A DNA stretch of 32,000 nucleotides from Xylanibacter ruminicola 23 (GCF_000025925.1 NC_014033.1:1350001-1382000), one strand, 5' to 3'; shown: positions 7,188-16,853, counted from the stretch's first letter. The notes: generated by a model not told the origin, from the letters alone. A program made the numbers and translations.

Positions 7188-8061
7188 TATAGTACTCTTT
7201 TTTACCTGCGGCTAAGGTATTCTTCATGAGCGAACAGATGGTCATGGGACCTACGCCACCAGGAACAGGTGTAATATACGAGCACTTAGGTGCAACCTCG
7301 TCGAACTTCACGTCGCCATTCAAACGGAATCCGCTCTTACGGGTAGCATCGGGGACGCGAGTGGTACCTACATCCACAATCACAGCACCCTCCTTCACCA
7401 TATCGGCGGTAACAAAGTCGGGCTGACCGATGGCAGCGATAATAATATCGGCGGCACGGCACTCCTCCTTCAGAGTTTTAGAACGCGAGTGGCATACGGT
7501 AACGGTAGCGTCGCCATACTGCTTCTGCATCATCAGCTGAGCCATGGGCTTACCTACGATGTTTGAACGACCCAGAATGACACACTTCTTACCGCTGGTT
7601 TCGATACCATAGTGCTTAAGCAGGGTGATAATTCCAAGAGGTGTGGCTGAGATGAAGCAAGGCAGTCCGATAGCCATACGACCCACGTTAATGGGGTGGA
7701 AACCGTCGACATCCTTACGGTAGTCGATTGCCTCGATAATCTTCTGCTCATCGATATGCTTTGGCAAGGGCAACTGCACGATGAAACCATCTACATCGTC
7801 GTCCTTGTTGAGCTTATCAACGCAACATAAAAGCTCATCCTCCGAGATATTATCCTCGAAACGGATGAGCGTACTCTTAAAGCCACAAGCCTCGCAGGCC
7901 AGCACCTTATTTTTTACATAAGTTTCCGATCCCCCATCGTGACCCACCAAGACGGCGGCCAGATGGGGTTGTTTGCCTCCTTGGGCAACAATCTCTTTTA
8001 CCTCCTCAGCGATTTCGGCCTTGATAGCCGCCGCTGTTGCTTTTCCATCAATCAGTTGCAT
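7183..8061 (-). CDS. folD: bifunctional methylenetetrahydrofolate dehydrogenase / methenyltetrahydrofolate cyclohydrolase
   Basis: 292 aa. Motifs [25 protein letters not shown] and PGGVGPMT. Confidence 0.92.
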   Translation of the reverse strand: MQLIDGKATAAAIKAEIAEEVKEIVAQGGKQPHLAAVLVGHDGGSETYVKNKVLACEACGFKSTLIRFEDNISEDELLCCVDKLNKDDDVDGFIVQLPLPKHIDEQKIIEAIDYRKDVDGFHPINVGRMAIGLPCFISATPLGIITLLKHYGIETSGKKCVILGRSNIVGKPMAQLMMQKQYGDATVTVCHSRSKTLKEECRAADIIIAAIGQPDFVTADMVKEGAVIVDVGTTRVPDATRKSGFRLNGDVKFDEVAPKCSYITPVPGGVGPMTICSLMKNTLAAGKKEYYK

Positions 8062-8072
8062 ATGTGTTGTAT

Positions 8073-9434
8073 TTAGAACTTGGGCATACCACCTCGCATC
8101 TTCATGGCTGCAGCCATCTGAGCCATTTTCGACGAATTGAGGCCGGTAACCATCTTCATCATCTTGCGAGTCTGCTCGAACTGCTTCATCAGTCGGTTCA
8201 CATCGTCCAACTTGGTACCAGAACCGGCTGCGATACGACGGCGACGGCTTGGATTGATGATATCGGGATTAGCGCGCTCCTTTGGTGTCATCGAGTTAAT
8301 GATAGCCTCGATACCCTTAAAGGCATTGTCGTCGATATCCAGATCCTTAATCTGCTTGCCAACACCAGGAATCATGGCAGCCAGATCCTTGATGTTACCC
8401 ATCTTCTTGATCTGCTGTATCTGACCCATGAAGTCGTCGAAGTCGAACTTATTCTTGCGGATTTTCTTTTCAAGTTTCTTAGCTTCCTCCTCGTCGAACT
8501 GCTGCTGGGCACGCTCAACCAGAGAAACGATATCACCCATACCGAGGATACGGTCGGCCATACGCTCGGGATAGAACACATCGATAGCCTCCATCTTTTC
8601 GCCCGTACCTACAAACTTAATAGGCTTGGTAACTACGGTGCGGATTGAAAGGGCTGCACCACCACGGGTGTCACCATCGAGCTTGGTAAGGATAACACCA
8701 TCGAAATCCAGACGATCGTTGAACTCCTTAGCGGTGTTAACGGCATCCTGACCGGTCATTGAGTCAACTACGAACAGAGTCTCGTTAGGATTAACGGCCT
8801 TCTTCAGGGTCTCGATTTCCTGCATCATCTCCTCATCTACAGCCAGACGACCAGCGGTATCGATAATCACCACATCGTTGGCCTTCGACTTGGCCTCCTG
8901 GATAGCGTGGTTGGCAATCTCTACCACATTTTTATTATCAGGCTCGGAATATACGGGAACACCTACAGTCTCGCCCACTACCTTGAGCTGCTCGATAGCA
9001 GCAGGACGATACACGTCGCAGGCTACCAGCAAAGGCTTCTTGTGGTTGCGCTCCTTCAGCATCTTGGCCAGCTTACCACTGAAGGTGGTCTTACCCGAAC
9101 CCTGCAGACCCGACATCAGAATGATGGCAGGCGCACCGGCACGACCCTCGATCTTCAGTTCGGCAGCCTTACCACCCATCAGCTCGGCCAGCTCATCGTG
9201 AACAATCTTCACCATCAGCTGACTTGGCTTAACGGCTGTAAGCACGTTCATACCCAAAGCTTTCTGCTTAACGGTATCGGTAAAGCTCTTGGCTACCTTA
9301 TAGTTTACGTCGGCATCCAACAGGGCACGACGTACATCTTTCAGCGTTTCGGCTACGTTAATCTCGGTGATTTTACCCTCACCCTTCAGTATCTTAAACG
9401 AGCGTTCTAGTCTATCACTTAAATTCTCAAACAT
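8073..9434 (-). CDS. ffh: signal recognition particle protein Ffh
   Basis: 453 aa. SRP GTPase motifs [14 protein letters not shown] and TKLDGD, plus a Met-rich C-terminal M domain. Confidence 0.95.
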   Translation of the reverse strand: MFENLSDRLERSFKILKGEGKITEINVAETLKDVRRALLDADVNYKVAKSFTDTVKQKALGMNVLTAVKPSQLMVKIVHDELAELMGGKAAELKIEGRAGAPAIILMSGLQGSGKTTFSGKLAKMLKERNHKKPLLVACDVYRPAAIEQLKVVGETVGVPVYSEPDNKNVVEIANHAIQEAKSKANDVVIIDTAGRLAVDEEMMQEIETLKKAVNPNETLFVVDSMTGQDAVNTAKEFNDRLDFDGVILTKLDGDTRGGAALSIRTVVTKPIKFVGTGEKMEAIDVFYPERMADRILGMGDIVSLVERAQQQFDEEEAKKLEKKIRKNKFDFDDFMGQIQQIKKMGNIKDLAAMIPGVGKQIKDLDIDDNAFKGIEAIINSMTPKERANPDIINPSRRRRIAAGSGTKLDDVNRLMKQFEQTRKMMKMVTGLNSSKMAQMAAAMKMRGGMPKF

Positions 9435-9457
9435 ATTACTAATCTATTTTTAGGGCG

Positions 9458-9465
9458 CAAAGTTA
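9458..9465 (-). promoter_or_regulatory. candidate -7 promoter box (TAACTTTG on minus strand) for ffh and the downstream cluster
   Basis: Exact TAnnTTTG match 23 nt upstream of ATG 9434. Confidence 0.4.
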
Positions 9466-9491
9466 CAATAAAAAAACGACACGCCCAAATT

Positions 9492-10124
9492 TTACTCGTC
9501 GTTTTTTACATTTTCTTTTATTTCTGTTGACTTAGGCCGCATACTGAACTCACAGCCGCAATACTGCTGATTATAGAACTGATACTCCTTAAGCAGTTGG
9601 TTGCGGCGTTCGTACAGGCCACCCTTGCGCCAGTTCTGGGCCCAAAATTTTACTTCATTGAACATTGAACATTGAGCATTGACCATTTGCTCTGCTGCCA
9701 GGCCGGCTTGGTTTATCTGGTCCAGATTCTTCCATCTGCTCGATGCCAGCGTGGTGGTGAAATACTTAATACCTAATGCCTGGGCCTGCTTGGCAGCGGC
9801 TATCAGGCGTAATGTAAAACAGCGTTCGCAACGGCGACCACGTTCGGGCTCCGATTCCAATCCGCACACACCACCCAACCACTCCTCGTGGTTATAATCG
9901 CCATCAATCCATCGTAGTCTTAAGCTCTCAGCATGACGCTTACTCTCCTGTTTACGAATCTCGTATTCCTCTCGGGGCCAGATATTTGGATTAAAATAAT
10001 AAATCACAGGTCGAATACCGTTAGCCATCATCCATTCGACGATAGCCGACGAGCAAGGTGCGCAGCAAGCATGCAACAATACCTCGCTGATATCTTCGGG
10101 TTTCTGTATAGCTGGTTGTTTCAT
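9492..10124 (-). CDS. queH: epoxyqueuosine reductase QueH (DUF208)
   Basis: ORF 9492..10133 starts at TTG, so it is trimmed to ATG 10124 (210 aa). Motifs LLHACCAPCS, RCERCFTLRL and the C-terminal YNQQYCGCEFS. Confidence 0.85.
   Translation of the reverse strand: MKQPAIQKPEDISEVLLHACCAPCSSAIVEWMMANGIRPVIYYFNPNIWPREEYEIRKQESKRHAESLRLRWIDGDYNHEEWLGGVCGLESEPERGRRCERCFTLRLIAAAKQAQALGIKYFTTTLASSRWKNLDQINQAGLAAEQMVNAQCSMFNEVKFWAQNWRKGGLYERRNQLLKEYQFYNQQYCGCEFSMRPKSTEIKENVKNDE
9656..9690. repeat. heptamer array, 5 x 7 bp (CATTGAA CATTGAA CATTGAG CATTGAC CATTTGC) inside queH
   Basis: Read directly. On the coding (minus) strand it encodes QMVNAQCSMFNE. Confidence 0.9.
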
Positions 10125-10235
10125 CGGGTGCAAAATTACACAATATTATTGTTAATCTTCCCAAATTTTGCATTTATTTCGCCTAAAATGTGTACTTTCG
10201 CAGAAAATTTATACTTTACTACAATTAATATAACG

Positions 10236-11375
10236 ATGATGAATTTAAATCTAACTAACAGTATTAAGATGCCTAACCACGAGCTTAGACGTCAGGTAAT
10301 CGAACTGTGTGAGAAGGTAGAGAAGCCACTGCTGAAGCTTTCTACCAAGGATTATGTTGAGAATGGACTGGGACACCTGGTTGAGCAATTCGACGGTCAG
10401 GCCGGTCTGGTAAACATCGAGGTGTTTAACGAACTGCAGCACACCATTACTGGTTGGCCCGGCGGCAAACCCAATGTAGATGATAGCACCCGTCCCGAGC
10501 GCGCAAAACCCTACCCCAAGCGTGTGATTGTATTCTCGCCCCACCCCGACGACGATGTAATTTCGATGGGTGGAACCATTCGCCGACTGATGCAGCAGAA
10601 CCACGATGTGCATGTAGCTTACGAGACATCGGGTAACATTGCTGTAGGCGATGAAGAGGTACGCCGCTTTATGCACTTCATCAATGGCTTTAACACCATT
10701 TTTGCCAACGGTAGCGACGAGGTTATTAAGCACTCATACCAGGCAGTAAAGGCCTTTATCAAGGGTAAGAAACCAGGCGATCTGGATAACGAGCAGATTC
10801 TGCGTCTGAAGGGACTGATTCGCCGTGGCGAGGCCCGACTGGCTTGTGAGTACAGTGGTATCGACAGTAAGCATATCCACTTCCTCGACCTGCCTTTCTA
10901 CGAGAGCGGTAAGATTGAGAAGCTGCCTATGACCGAGGCCGACGTAACCCCCATTATCGAGCTGATTAACGAGATTAAGCCACACCAGATTTACGTGGCT
11001 GCCGACCTGGCCGACCCACACGGCACACACCGTAAGTGTACCGATGCTGTGCTGGCTGCCATCGACGAGACCAAGAAGGCTGGTGCCGAGTGGTTGAAGG
11101 ACTGTCGTGTATGGATGTACCGTGGTGCCTGGGCTGAATGGGATGTAGCCGATATCGAGATGTGCGTACCTATGAGTCCTGAGGAACTGCGCGAGAAGCG
11201 AAATGCCATCCTGCGCCACCAGAGTCAGATGGAGAGTGCCCCATTCCTGGGTAACGACGAGCGCCTGTTCTGGCAGCGTGCCGAGGATCGCAACCGCGAA
11301 ACAGCCAAGCGCTACGACAATCTCGGACTGGCATGCTACGAGGCCATGGAGGCGTTTGTAGAGTACAAATTCTAA
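10236..11375 (+). CDS. LmbE/PIG-L family deacetylase-like protein
   Basis: ORF 9933..11375 trimmed to ATG 10236 (379 aa), because the upstream extension overlaps queH antisense. Motif VIVFSPHPDDDVISMGGTI is the PIG-L/LmbE signature. TGWPGGKP and downstream regions resemble the C-terminal part of long Bacteroidales NagB-like proteins (from memory). Confidence 0.7.
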   Translation: MMNLNLTNSIKMPNHELRRQVIELCEKVEKPLLKLSTKDYVENGLGHLVEQFDGQAGLVNIEVFNELQHTITGWPGGKPNVDDSTRPERAKPYPKRVIVFSPHPDDDVISMGGTIRRLMQQNHDVHVAYETSGNIAVGDEEVRRFMHFINGFNTIFANGSDEVIKHSYQAVKAFIKGKKPGDLDNEQILRLKGLIRRGEARLACEYSGIDSKHIHFLDLPFYESGKIEKLPMTEADVTPIIELINEIKPHQIYVAADLADPHGTHRKCTDAVLAAIDETKKAGAEWLKDCRVWMYRGAWAEWDVADIEMCVPMSPEELREKRNAILRHQSQMESAPFLGNDERLFWQRAEDRNRETAKRYDNLGLACYEAMEAFVEYKF

Positions 11376-11376
11376 A

Positions 11377-11411
11377 CGTAATAGATTAAACATTAAAGAT
11401 TAAACATTAAT
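11377..11411. repeat. heptamer array, 5 x 7 bp (CGTAATA GATTAAA CATTAAA GATTAAA CATTAAT)
   Basis: Read directly. It fills the spacer between the deacetylase stop (11373..11375) and the GH20 ATG (11410), which is part of the last unit. Confidence 0.85.
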
Positions 11412-13047
11412 GAAGACCGTAAACATGAAGTTTAAAGGAATGGTGTTAACAGCACTCATCTCGTTAGGCTCAATGACAGCTGCGGCTGGCGAGCCTGCCA
11501 ACTACAACGTGGTACCACTGCCACAGTCGATTGTGATAACAAAAGGTGCAGCCTTTGAGGTTGACGCCGACGTACAGATTCTGGCTCCTGCCGAACTGCA
11601 GAGCGAAGCAGAATTCCTGAAGCAGTACATCAAAGAGCTGACCAAGTGCGACCTGACCATCGTGAACAAGCGTGCTAAGAAGGTGCGCTACATCGAGCTG
11701 GCCGTATCGCCAAAGGTAACCGCTAAGGAAGGTTATGTATTGAACATCAACCAGAAGGGTGTTACCATCCAGGGTGGCACAGCAGCTGGTGTGTTCTATG
11801 GTATCCAGACCCTGCGCAAATCGCTGCCTATCGCCTGCAAGTGCGGTAAGCACAAGGGTGGCTGTCTGCCTGCCGCAACGATTACCGATGCCCCACGCTT
11901 TGGTTATCGCGGTATGATGCTGGATTGCTCACGCCACTTCTGGAGCGTGGATTTCGTAAAGAAGTTCATCGACCTGCTGGCTATGCACAACATGAACACC
12001 TTCCACTGGCATCTGAGCGACGACCAGGGTTGGCGTATCGAGATCAAGAAGTATCCTAAGCTTACCACTATCGGTTCGCAGCGTTCGGGTACTATTCTCG
12101 GCACCAACTCTGATTTGGACGATGGTATCCCCCACGGTGGTTTCTACACCCAGCAGGAGGCTCGCGACATTGTGAAATATGCCCAGGAGCGCCATATCAC
12201 TATCATCCCTGAGATTGACATGCCCGGACACATGCTGGCTGCACTGGCTTGCTATCCCGAACTGGGTTGCACAGGCGGTCCTTACGAGGTAGGTCACTAC
12301 TGGGGTGTTTACACCGATGTGCTGTGCGTAGGCAATCCTAAGGTTTACGAGTTTGTAGAGGGTGTGCTGGCCGAGATTATGGACATCTTCCCTTCGGAAG
12401 TAATCCATATCGGTGGCGACGAAACTCCAACAGTAAAATGGGAGGCGTGTCCTAAGTGTCAGGCCCTCGGACAGAGCAAGGATAAGCTGCAGGCTCACTT
12501 TACACAGAAGGTATTCGGCTACCTGACAGCCCATCAGCGCCGTGCCCTGGGATGGGACGAGATTCTGGATGGCTGTCCACAGGATGCCATGATTATGTCG
12601 TGGCGTGGTAGCGAGCCAGGTGCAAAGGCTGCCGAGTTAGGTCACGACGTGGTGATGACGCCTACATCGCATGTTTACTTCGACTATCTGCAGTCGAAGG
12701 AGGCTCAGTTCGAGCCAAGCCGTTGCGGTGGTTTCATTCCTGTAGAGAAGGTATATTCGCTGGAGCCTGCTCCCGACACCCTGTCAGTCGAAGCTAAGAA
12801 GCACATCTTGGGTACACAGGCCAACCTGTGGGCTGAGTATCTGCTGACCGAAGGACTGGTGGAATATCAGGCCCTGCCACGTATGTCGGCTCTGTCGGAG
12901 GTACAGTGGACACAGCCTGAGCTGAAGAACTACGACGCCTTTAAGGAGCGCTTGACACGATTCACAAAGCTGTTCGAGTTCTACAACTACAAATATGCCA
13001 AGCATCTGTGGCCTGAGCGTCAGTTGCCCAGTCGCTGGCAGTTCTAA
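11410..13047 (+). CDS. GH20 beta-N-acetylhexosaminidase
   Basis: 545 aa with a signal peptide. Motifs RGMMLDCSRHF, HWHLSDDQGWR and the catalytic HIGGDE. Confidence 0.9.
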   Translation: MKTVNMKFKGMVLTALISLGSMTAAAGEPANYNVVPLPQSIVITKGAAFEVDADVQILAPAELQSEAEFLKQYIKELTKCDLTIVNKRAKKVRYIELAVSPKVTAKEGYVLNINQKGVTIQGGTAAGVFYGIQTLRKSLPIACKCGKHKGGCLPAATITDAPRFGYRGMMLDCSRHFWSVDFVKKFIDLLAMHNMNTFHWHLSDDQGWRIEIKKYPKLTTIGSQRSGTILGTNSDLDDGIPHGGFYTQQEARDIVKYAQERHITIIPEIDMPGHMLAALACYPELGCTGGPYEVGHYWGVYTDVLCVGNPKVYEFVEGVLAEIMDIFPSEVIHIGGDETPTVKWEACPKCQALGQSKDKLQAHFTQKVFGYLTAHQRRALGWDEILDGCPQDAMIMSWRGSEPGAKAAELGHDVVMTPTSHVYFDYLQSKEAQFEPSRCGGFIPVEKVYSLEPAPDTLSVEAKKHILGTQANLWAEYLLTEGLVEYQALPRMSALSEVQWTQPELKNYDAFKERLTRFTKLFEFYNYKYAKHLWPERQLPSRWQF

Positions 13048-13076
13048 CAAATTCAAAACATCTACCAACACTTTTT

Positions 13077-15329
13077 ATGAAGAAAATCATTTTACTGCTA
13101 TTTAGTATCCTGAGTCTGGGCATCCAGGCTCAGGTTAACTTAGTACCTGCGCCACAGAAAGTAACTGTTGGCACAGGCGAGTTTAATCTGGCACAAGGCA
13201 CTACCATTGCCTACTCATCGGCTGCACTGAAGCCTGCTGCTGAGTACCTGCAGGTATGCTTGCAGCGCTATGCAAAGGTAAACGCCACGCTGGTTGCCGG
13301 CAAGCAGGGCGACATCCGACTGACTACCAAGAAAGGTATAGCCAAGGACGGCTACCAGTTGAATGTAAAGGCCAACGGTATCGACATCAACGCTGCCAAC
13401 TACAGCGGAACCCTGTCGGCTATTGCCACCTTGAACCAGTTGCTGCTGCAGAACGATGGCAAAGCTGCCATCCCTACTGTTGCGGTTACCGATGCACCAC
13501 GCTTTAACTGGCGCGGATTCCATCTGGATGTATCACGCCACTTCTTTACAGTTGACGAGGTGAAGGAGATTATCGACCTGATGGCGCTGTACAAGCTGAA
13601 CCGATTCCACTGGCACCTGACCGACGATCAGGGCTGGCGTATCGAGATTAAGAAGTACCCACTGCTGACCGAGAAGGGTGCCTGGCGTATCTACAACAAC
13701 CAGGACACTGCCTGCATGCAGCTGGCTGCCCGTGATGATAATCCCAACCTGTTGATTCCGAAGAAGAATACCCGTGTAGAGAATGGCGATACCCTGTATG
13801 GCGGTTACTACACACAGGATCAGATTCGTGACGTGGTGGCTTATGCCAAGCAGCGCGGTATCGAGATTGTACCCGAGATTGACATGCCAGGTCATTTCCT
13901 GAGTGCCATCGAGAACTACGAGGGGCTGTCGTGCTTCCCCACCATCGGCTGGGGCCAGTATTTTACCACCCCACTCTGTCCAGGAAAACAGAAGGTACTG
14001 GATTTCTGCAAGGATATCTGGAGCGAGATTTTCAAGCTGTTCCCCTATGAGTATGTACACGTAGGTGGCGACGAGGTGCGTAAGGATACCTGGAAGGAAT
14101 GTCCCGACTGTCAGAAGCGTATCAAGGATAACCATCTGAAGAACGAGGAGGAACTGCAGTCGTGGTTTATCCATCAGATGGAGGCATTCATCAATAAGAA
14201 CGGTAAGAAGATGATGGGCTGGGACGAAATCCTGGAGGGTGGACTCTCGAAGACCGCTACCGTAACCTGGTGGCGCACCTGGGTGCCCGATGCACCAAGT
14301 CAGGTAACAGCACAGTGCAACGATGTCATCTTCTGTCCCGGTTCGCCCATGTATCTCTCGCAGGCTGAAGAGAAAACCAGCATGCGCAGCATCTACGAAT
14401 ACGACAAGGAGATGCTGAAAGGCATGAACGCCAAGCAGAAGCAGCACGTGATTGGCGTGCAGGGTAACATGTGGTGCGAGTATATCCCTACCCTTGAGCG
14501 TGTGCTGTTCCAGTACTTCCCACGTATCTTAGCGCTGTCGGAGCTGGCATGGACAAAACCCGAACTGAAGGATTACGATGAGTTCTACAGTCGCCTGCCT
14601 AAGCAGTTTGCCATGCTGCACAAGCTGAACGTGCCTTTCCGCACCCCAAGTCTGGATGGTGTATATCACGTAAACGCCTTTACCACTGAGGGTACCATGG
14701 CAGTGAGCTGTGCCGACCCATTGGCAACAGTACGTTACACCACCGATGGCAGCTTCCCCAACAAGAACTCGCAGCTATATAACGGACCAGTGAAGGTTGA
14801 TGAGACCACGCACTTTATTCTGCGTACGTTTGCACCTAACGGACAGGCTGGTGAGATGATGAAGGCCGACTTCCTGAAGCAGGGACTGCTGGAGCCAGTA
14901 AAGGCAGATGCCAGTAAGCTGACTCAGGGTTTGAACGCAGCCTGGTACAACTATCGTGGTGAGAAATGTCGCGAAATCCACAAGGCCCCATTCAATGGCA
15001 ACTATGCTGCTAACGATGTGGTGATTCCCGAGGGTGTAAAAGGTAACATCGGACTGATTATTACCGGTTACCTGCGTGTGCCCGAGGATGGTGTATATAC
15101 CTTCTCGCTGATGAGCGACGATGGTAGCTGGCTGAAGATTGATGGCAACATGGTGGTAGATAACGACCGTCCACAGAGCCCTCACGAGGAAGTAAGTCAG
15201 CAGGCACTGAAAGCCGGACTGCACAAGATAGAGGTTCGCTACTTTGATAGCAACGGCGGTATGCTTCGCCTCTGGGTATTTGATACCAAAGGCCAAAAGA
15301 TGCAACCCGCCGACATCTACTTTAAATAA
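13077..15329 (+). CDS. GH20 beta-N-acetylhexosaminidase with C-terminal chitobiase-C-like and PA14 domains
   Basis: 750 aa with a signal peptide. Motifs RGFHLDVSRHF, HWHLTDDQGWR and HVGGDE. The C-terminal TVRYTTDGSFP and GYLRVPEDGVYTFSLMSDDGSWLKIDG stretches are PA14-like. Confidence 0.9.
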   Translation: MKKIILLLFSILSLGIQAQVNLVPAPQKVTVGTGEFNLAQGTTIAYSSAALKPAAEYLQVCLQRYAKVNATLVAGKQGDIRLTTKKGIAKDGYQLNVKANGIDINAANYSGTLSAIATLNQLLLQNDGKAAIPTVAVTDAPRFNWRGFHLDVSRHFFTVDEVKEIIDLMALYKLNRFHWHLTDDQGWRIEIKKYPLLTEKGAWRIYNNQDTACMQLAARDDNPNLLIPKKNTRVENGDTLYGGYYTQDQIRDVVAYAKQRGIEIVPEIDMPGHFLSAIENYEGLSCFPTIGWGQYFTTPLCPGKQKVLDFCKDIWSEIFKLFPYEYVHVGGDEVRKDTWKECPDCQKRIKDNHLKNEEELQSWFIHQMEAFINKNGKKMMGWDEILEGGLSKTATVTWWRTWVPDAPSQVTAQCNDVIFCPGSPMYLSQAEEKTSMRSIYEYDKEMLKGMNAKQKQHVIGVQGNMWCEYIPTLERVLFQYFPRILALSELAWTKPELKDYDEFYSRLPKQFAMLHKLNVPFRTPSLDGVYHVNAFTTEGTMAVSCADPLATVRYTTDGSFPNKNSQLYNGPVKVDETTHFILRTFAPNGQAGEMMKADFLKQGLLEPVKADASKLTQGLNAAWYNYRGEKCREIHKAPFNGNYAANDVVIPEGVKGNIGLIITGYLRVPEDGVYTFSLMSDDGSWLKIDGNMVVDNDRPQSPHEEVSQQALKAGLHKIEVRYFDSNGGMLRLWVFDTKGQKMQPADIYFK

Positions 15330-15335
15330 AAAAGA

Positions 15336-15372
15336 AATCCCGCTTCAGTTTGTTTGAAGCGGGATTCTTTTT
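15336..15372. terminator. bidirectional intrinsic terminator
   Basis: 12-bp perfect stem AATCCCGCTTCA (15336..15347) / TGAAGCGGGATT (15355..15366) with a 7-nt loop. A T-run follows on the plus strand and a T-rich run on the minus strand. Lies between convergent genes. Confidence 0.75.
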
Positions 15373-16849
15373 ATAGATTAATCAATAACTCGGTTTTGCC
15401 ATCAGCTATGAGTTTTAATACCAACTCGCCAAAGAGTGTGTTCTGCCAAGCAAACCACGGACGGGTGTAATCGTTGGCATCATCCTTATTAAAACTCTCG
15501 TGTATAAAACCTGTACCGGCATCGGTAGCTAACAGGGTTCGCATGCACCAGCGAATCTCATCATCATCGGTGGCGGTAAAGCACTTCATCATAATCGACA
15601 TGGGCCATACCATATCATAACCGATATGCGGACCGCCTATACCCTCGCCTGCCTTGCCACGGAAGAACCAGGGGTTATCCTCGCTCCACACAAAACGACG
15701 GGTATTCTGATAGACAGGATCGTCCATAGGCACATCGCCTAAGTAACCCATACCCAACAAGCTGGGCACGTTGGCATCGTCCATCAACAGATGATTACCG
15801 AAACCATCCACCTCGTAGGCATAAATCTTTCCGTACTTAGGATGATCAACCACGGCATACTGCTTCAGGGCGGTTACTACCTCACTGGCCAAAGCCTGGC
15901 ACTCGGCAGCCTTTTCGGTCTTGGCGTTAACCTTAGTGAGAATCTCGGCCATCTTTTTAAGCGATGATACTGCCATGAAGTTAGAAGGCACCAGGAAAGG
16001 TAACGAGGTACGATCGTCGCTAGGACGGAATACCGAGGCTATCAAGCCAACAGGTTTTACTGGAGCGCCGTAGCCATTCCATCCCACGGTATCGTAGGTA
16101 CGATCGGTCATACGGAAGAATCGGTACGGACCATGTCCATCCTTACGCTGCTGCTCGCGGAAGGTTTTTACGATGTTATCAACTGCCTGCAACCAGATGT
16201 CGCCAAAGATTGTAGCATCACCCGTTACCAGCCAATACCAATAAGCCAGGCGCACGGGATAGCACAGCGAGTCGATCTCGTACTTACGCTCAAAAACATC
16301 CTTCGTCATCCTGGTCACATCCTTCTGCCAACCGGCACCGGTAGGACCATCGTTAAAGGCATTCGCGTACCTATCTATATTAATACACTTCAGCTGGCGC
16401 AGAATCACACCACGCAGCATTTTTCTGAGCTTCTTATCCTTGGCACACAACTGCACGTAAGGCCATACCTGAGCACCCGAATCGCGCAGCCACATAGCAG
16501 GGATATCGCCGGTATATACAAAGGTATCATCCTCGCCATCTACCACACGGTAATGCACGGTAGATTCCAAGGTGTTTGGAAAGCAGTTGGCAAACATCCA
16601 AGCCAGACGGGGATTGCCACTCAGCAGTTTCTGCACCTCACGGATTTTGGCCTCTACGGCATCCGACGTAAAAAGGCGCTCGGCAACCGGTGGGCGTTTG
16701 GAAGGATACACCTTAGTATTGTCGGAAACCACAGAGGTGTATCGGGCATTGACTTGCTGTGCTGAGGCTGTGAATAGTGAACAGTGAATAGTGAAAAGTA
16801 TCACTAAACACCATCTCACACAGCTCACACTTAGCGTATATCTAATCAT
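15371..16849 (-). CDS. GH125 exo-alpha-1,6-mannosidase (DUF1237 family)
   Basis: ORF 15371..16864 starts at GTG, so it is trimmed to ATG 16849 (492 aa). Signal peptide ends ...FTASAQQ. GDIPAMWLRDSGAQVWPY is the signature I associate with GH125. Confidence 0.8.
   Translation of the reverse strand: MIRYTLSVSCVRWCLVILFTIHCSLFTASAQQVNARYTSVVSDNTKVYPSKRPPVAERLFTSDAVEAKIREVQKLLSGNPRLAWMFANCFPNTLESTVHYRVVDGEDDTFVYTGDIPAMWLRDSGAQVWPYVQLCAKDKKLRKMLRGVILRQLKCINIDRYANAFNDGPTGAGWQKDVTRMTKDVFERKYEIDSLCYPVRLAYWYWLVTGDATIFGDIWLQAVDNIVKTFREQQRKDGHGPYRFFRMTDRTYDTVGWNGYGAPVKPVGLIASVFRPSDDRTSLPFLVPSNFMAVSSLKKMAEILTKVNAKTEKAAECQALASEVVTALKQYAVVDHPKYGKIYAYEVDGFGNHLLMDDANVPSLLGMGYLGDVPMDDPVYQNTRRFVWSEDNPWFFRGKAGEGIGGPHIGYDMVWPMSIMMKCFTATDDDEIRWCMRTLLATDAGTGFIHESFNKDDANDYTRPWFAWQNTLFGELVLKLIADGKTELLINL
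16770..16804. repeat. heptamer array, 5 x 7 bp (GTGAATA GTGAACA GTGAATA GTGAAAA GTATCAC) inside the GH125 signal-peptide coding region
   Basis: Read directly. The minus strand reads TTTTCAC TATTCAC TGTTCAC TATTCAC and encodes LFTIHCSLFT. Confidence 0.85.
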
Positions 16850-16853
16850 CACA

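Noticed and set aside
9656-9690. Possibility that the heptamer arrays are a CRISPR or minisatellite artefact
   Set aside because: The units are 7 bp with no spacers, the arrays are only ~35 bp, and no cas genes are present, so this is not CRISPR. The same architecture recurs at six independent loci, so it is not a local assembly artefact.
10131-10138. TAATTTTG (minus strand) as the queH -7 box
   Set aside because: It is an exact consensus match but lies only 6 nt from ATG 10124. That would imply a leaderless or near-leaderless transcript, which is too uncertain to call.
10193-10200. TACTTTCG as a promoter -7 box for the deacetylase/GH20 operon
   Set aside because: It has one mismatch to TAnnTTTG (C at the third T). 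It is plausible but not supported well enough to list as a feature.
9933-10235. Upstream extension of the deacetylase ORF
   Set aside because: It overlaps queH on the opposite strand and crosses the AT-rich promoter region. The sequence is not protein-like.
13533-14447. 304-aa antisense ORF inside the second GH20 gene. Similar long shadow ORFs occur at 2358..2720, 2905..3360, 5079..5624, 8037..8648, 10734..11393, 11929..12534, 17456..18355, 20149..21018, 26910..27515 and 30679..31287.
   Set aside because: All lie antisense to genes with strong family signatures. They show skewed, low-complexity composition (Leu/Val/His/Gln-rich) and no recognisable motifs, which is typical of shadow ORFs.
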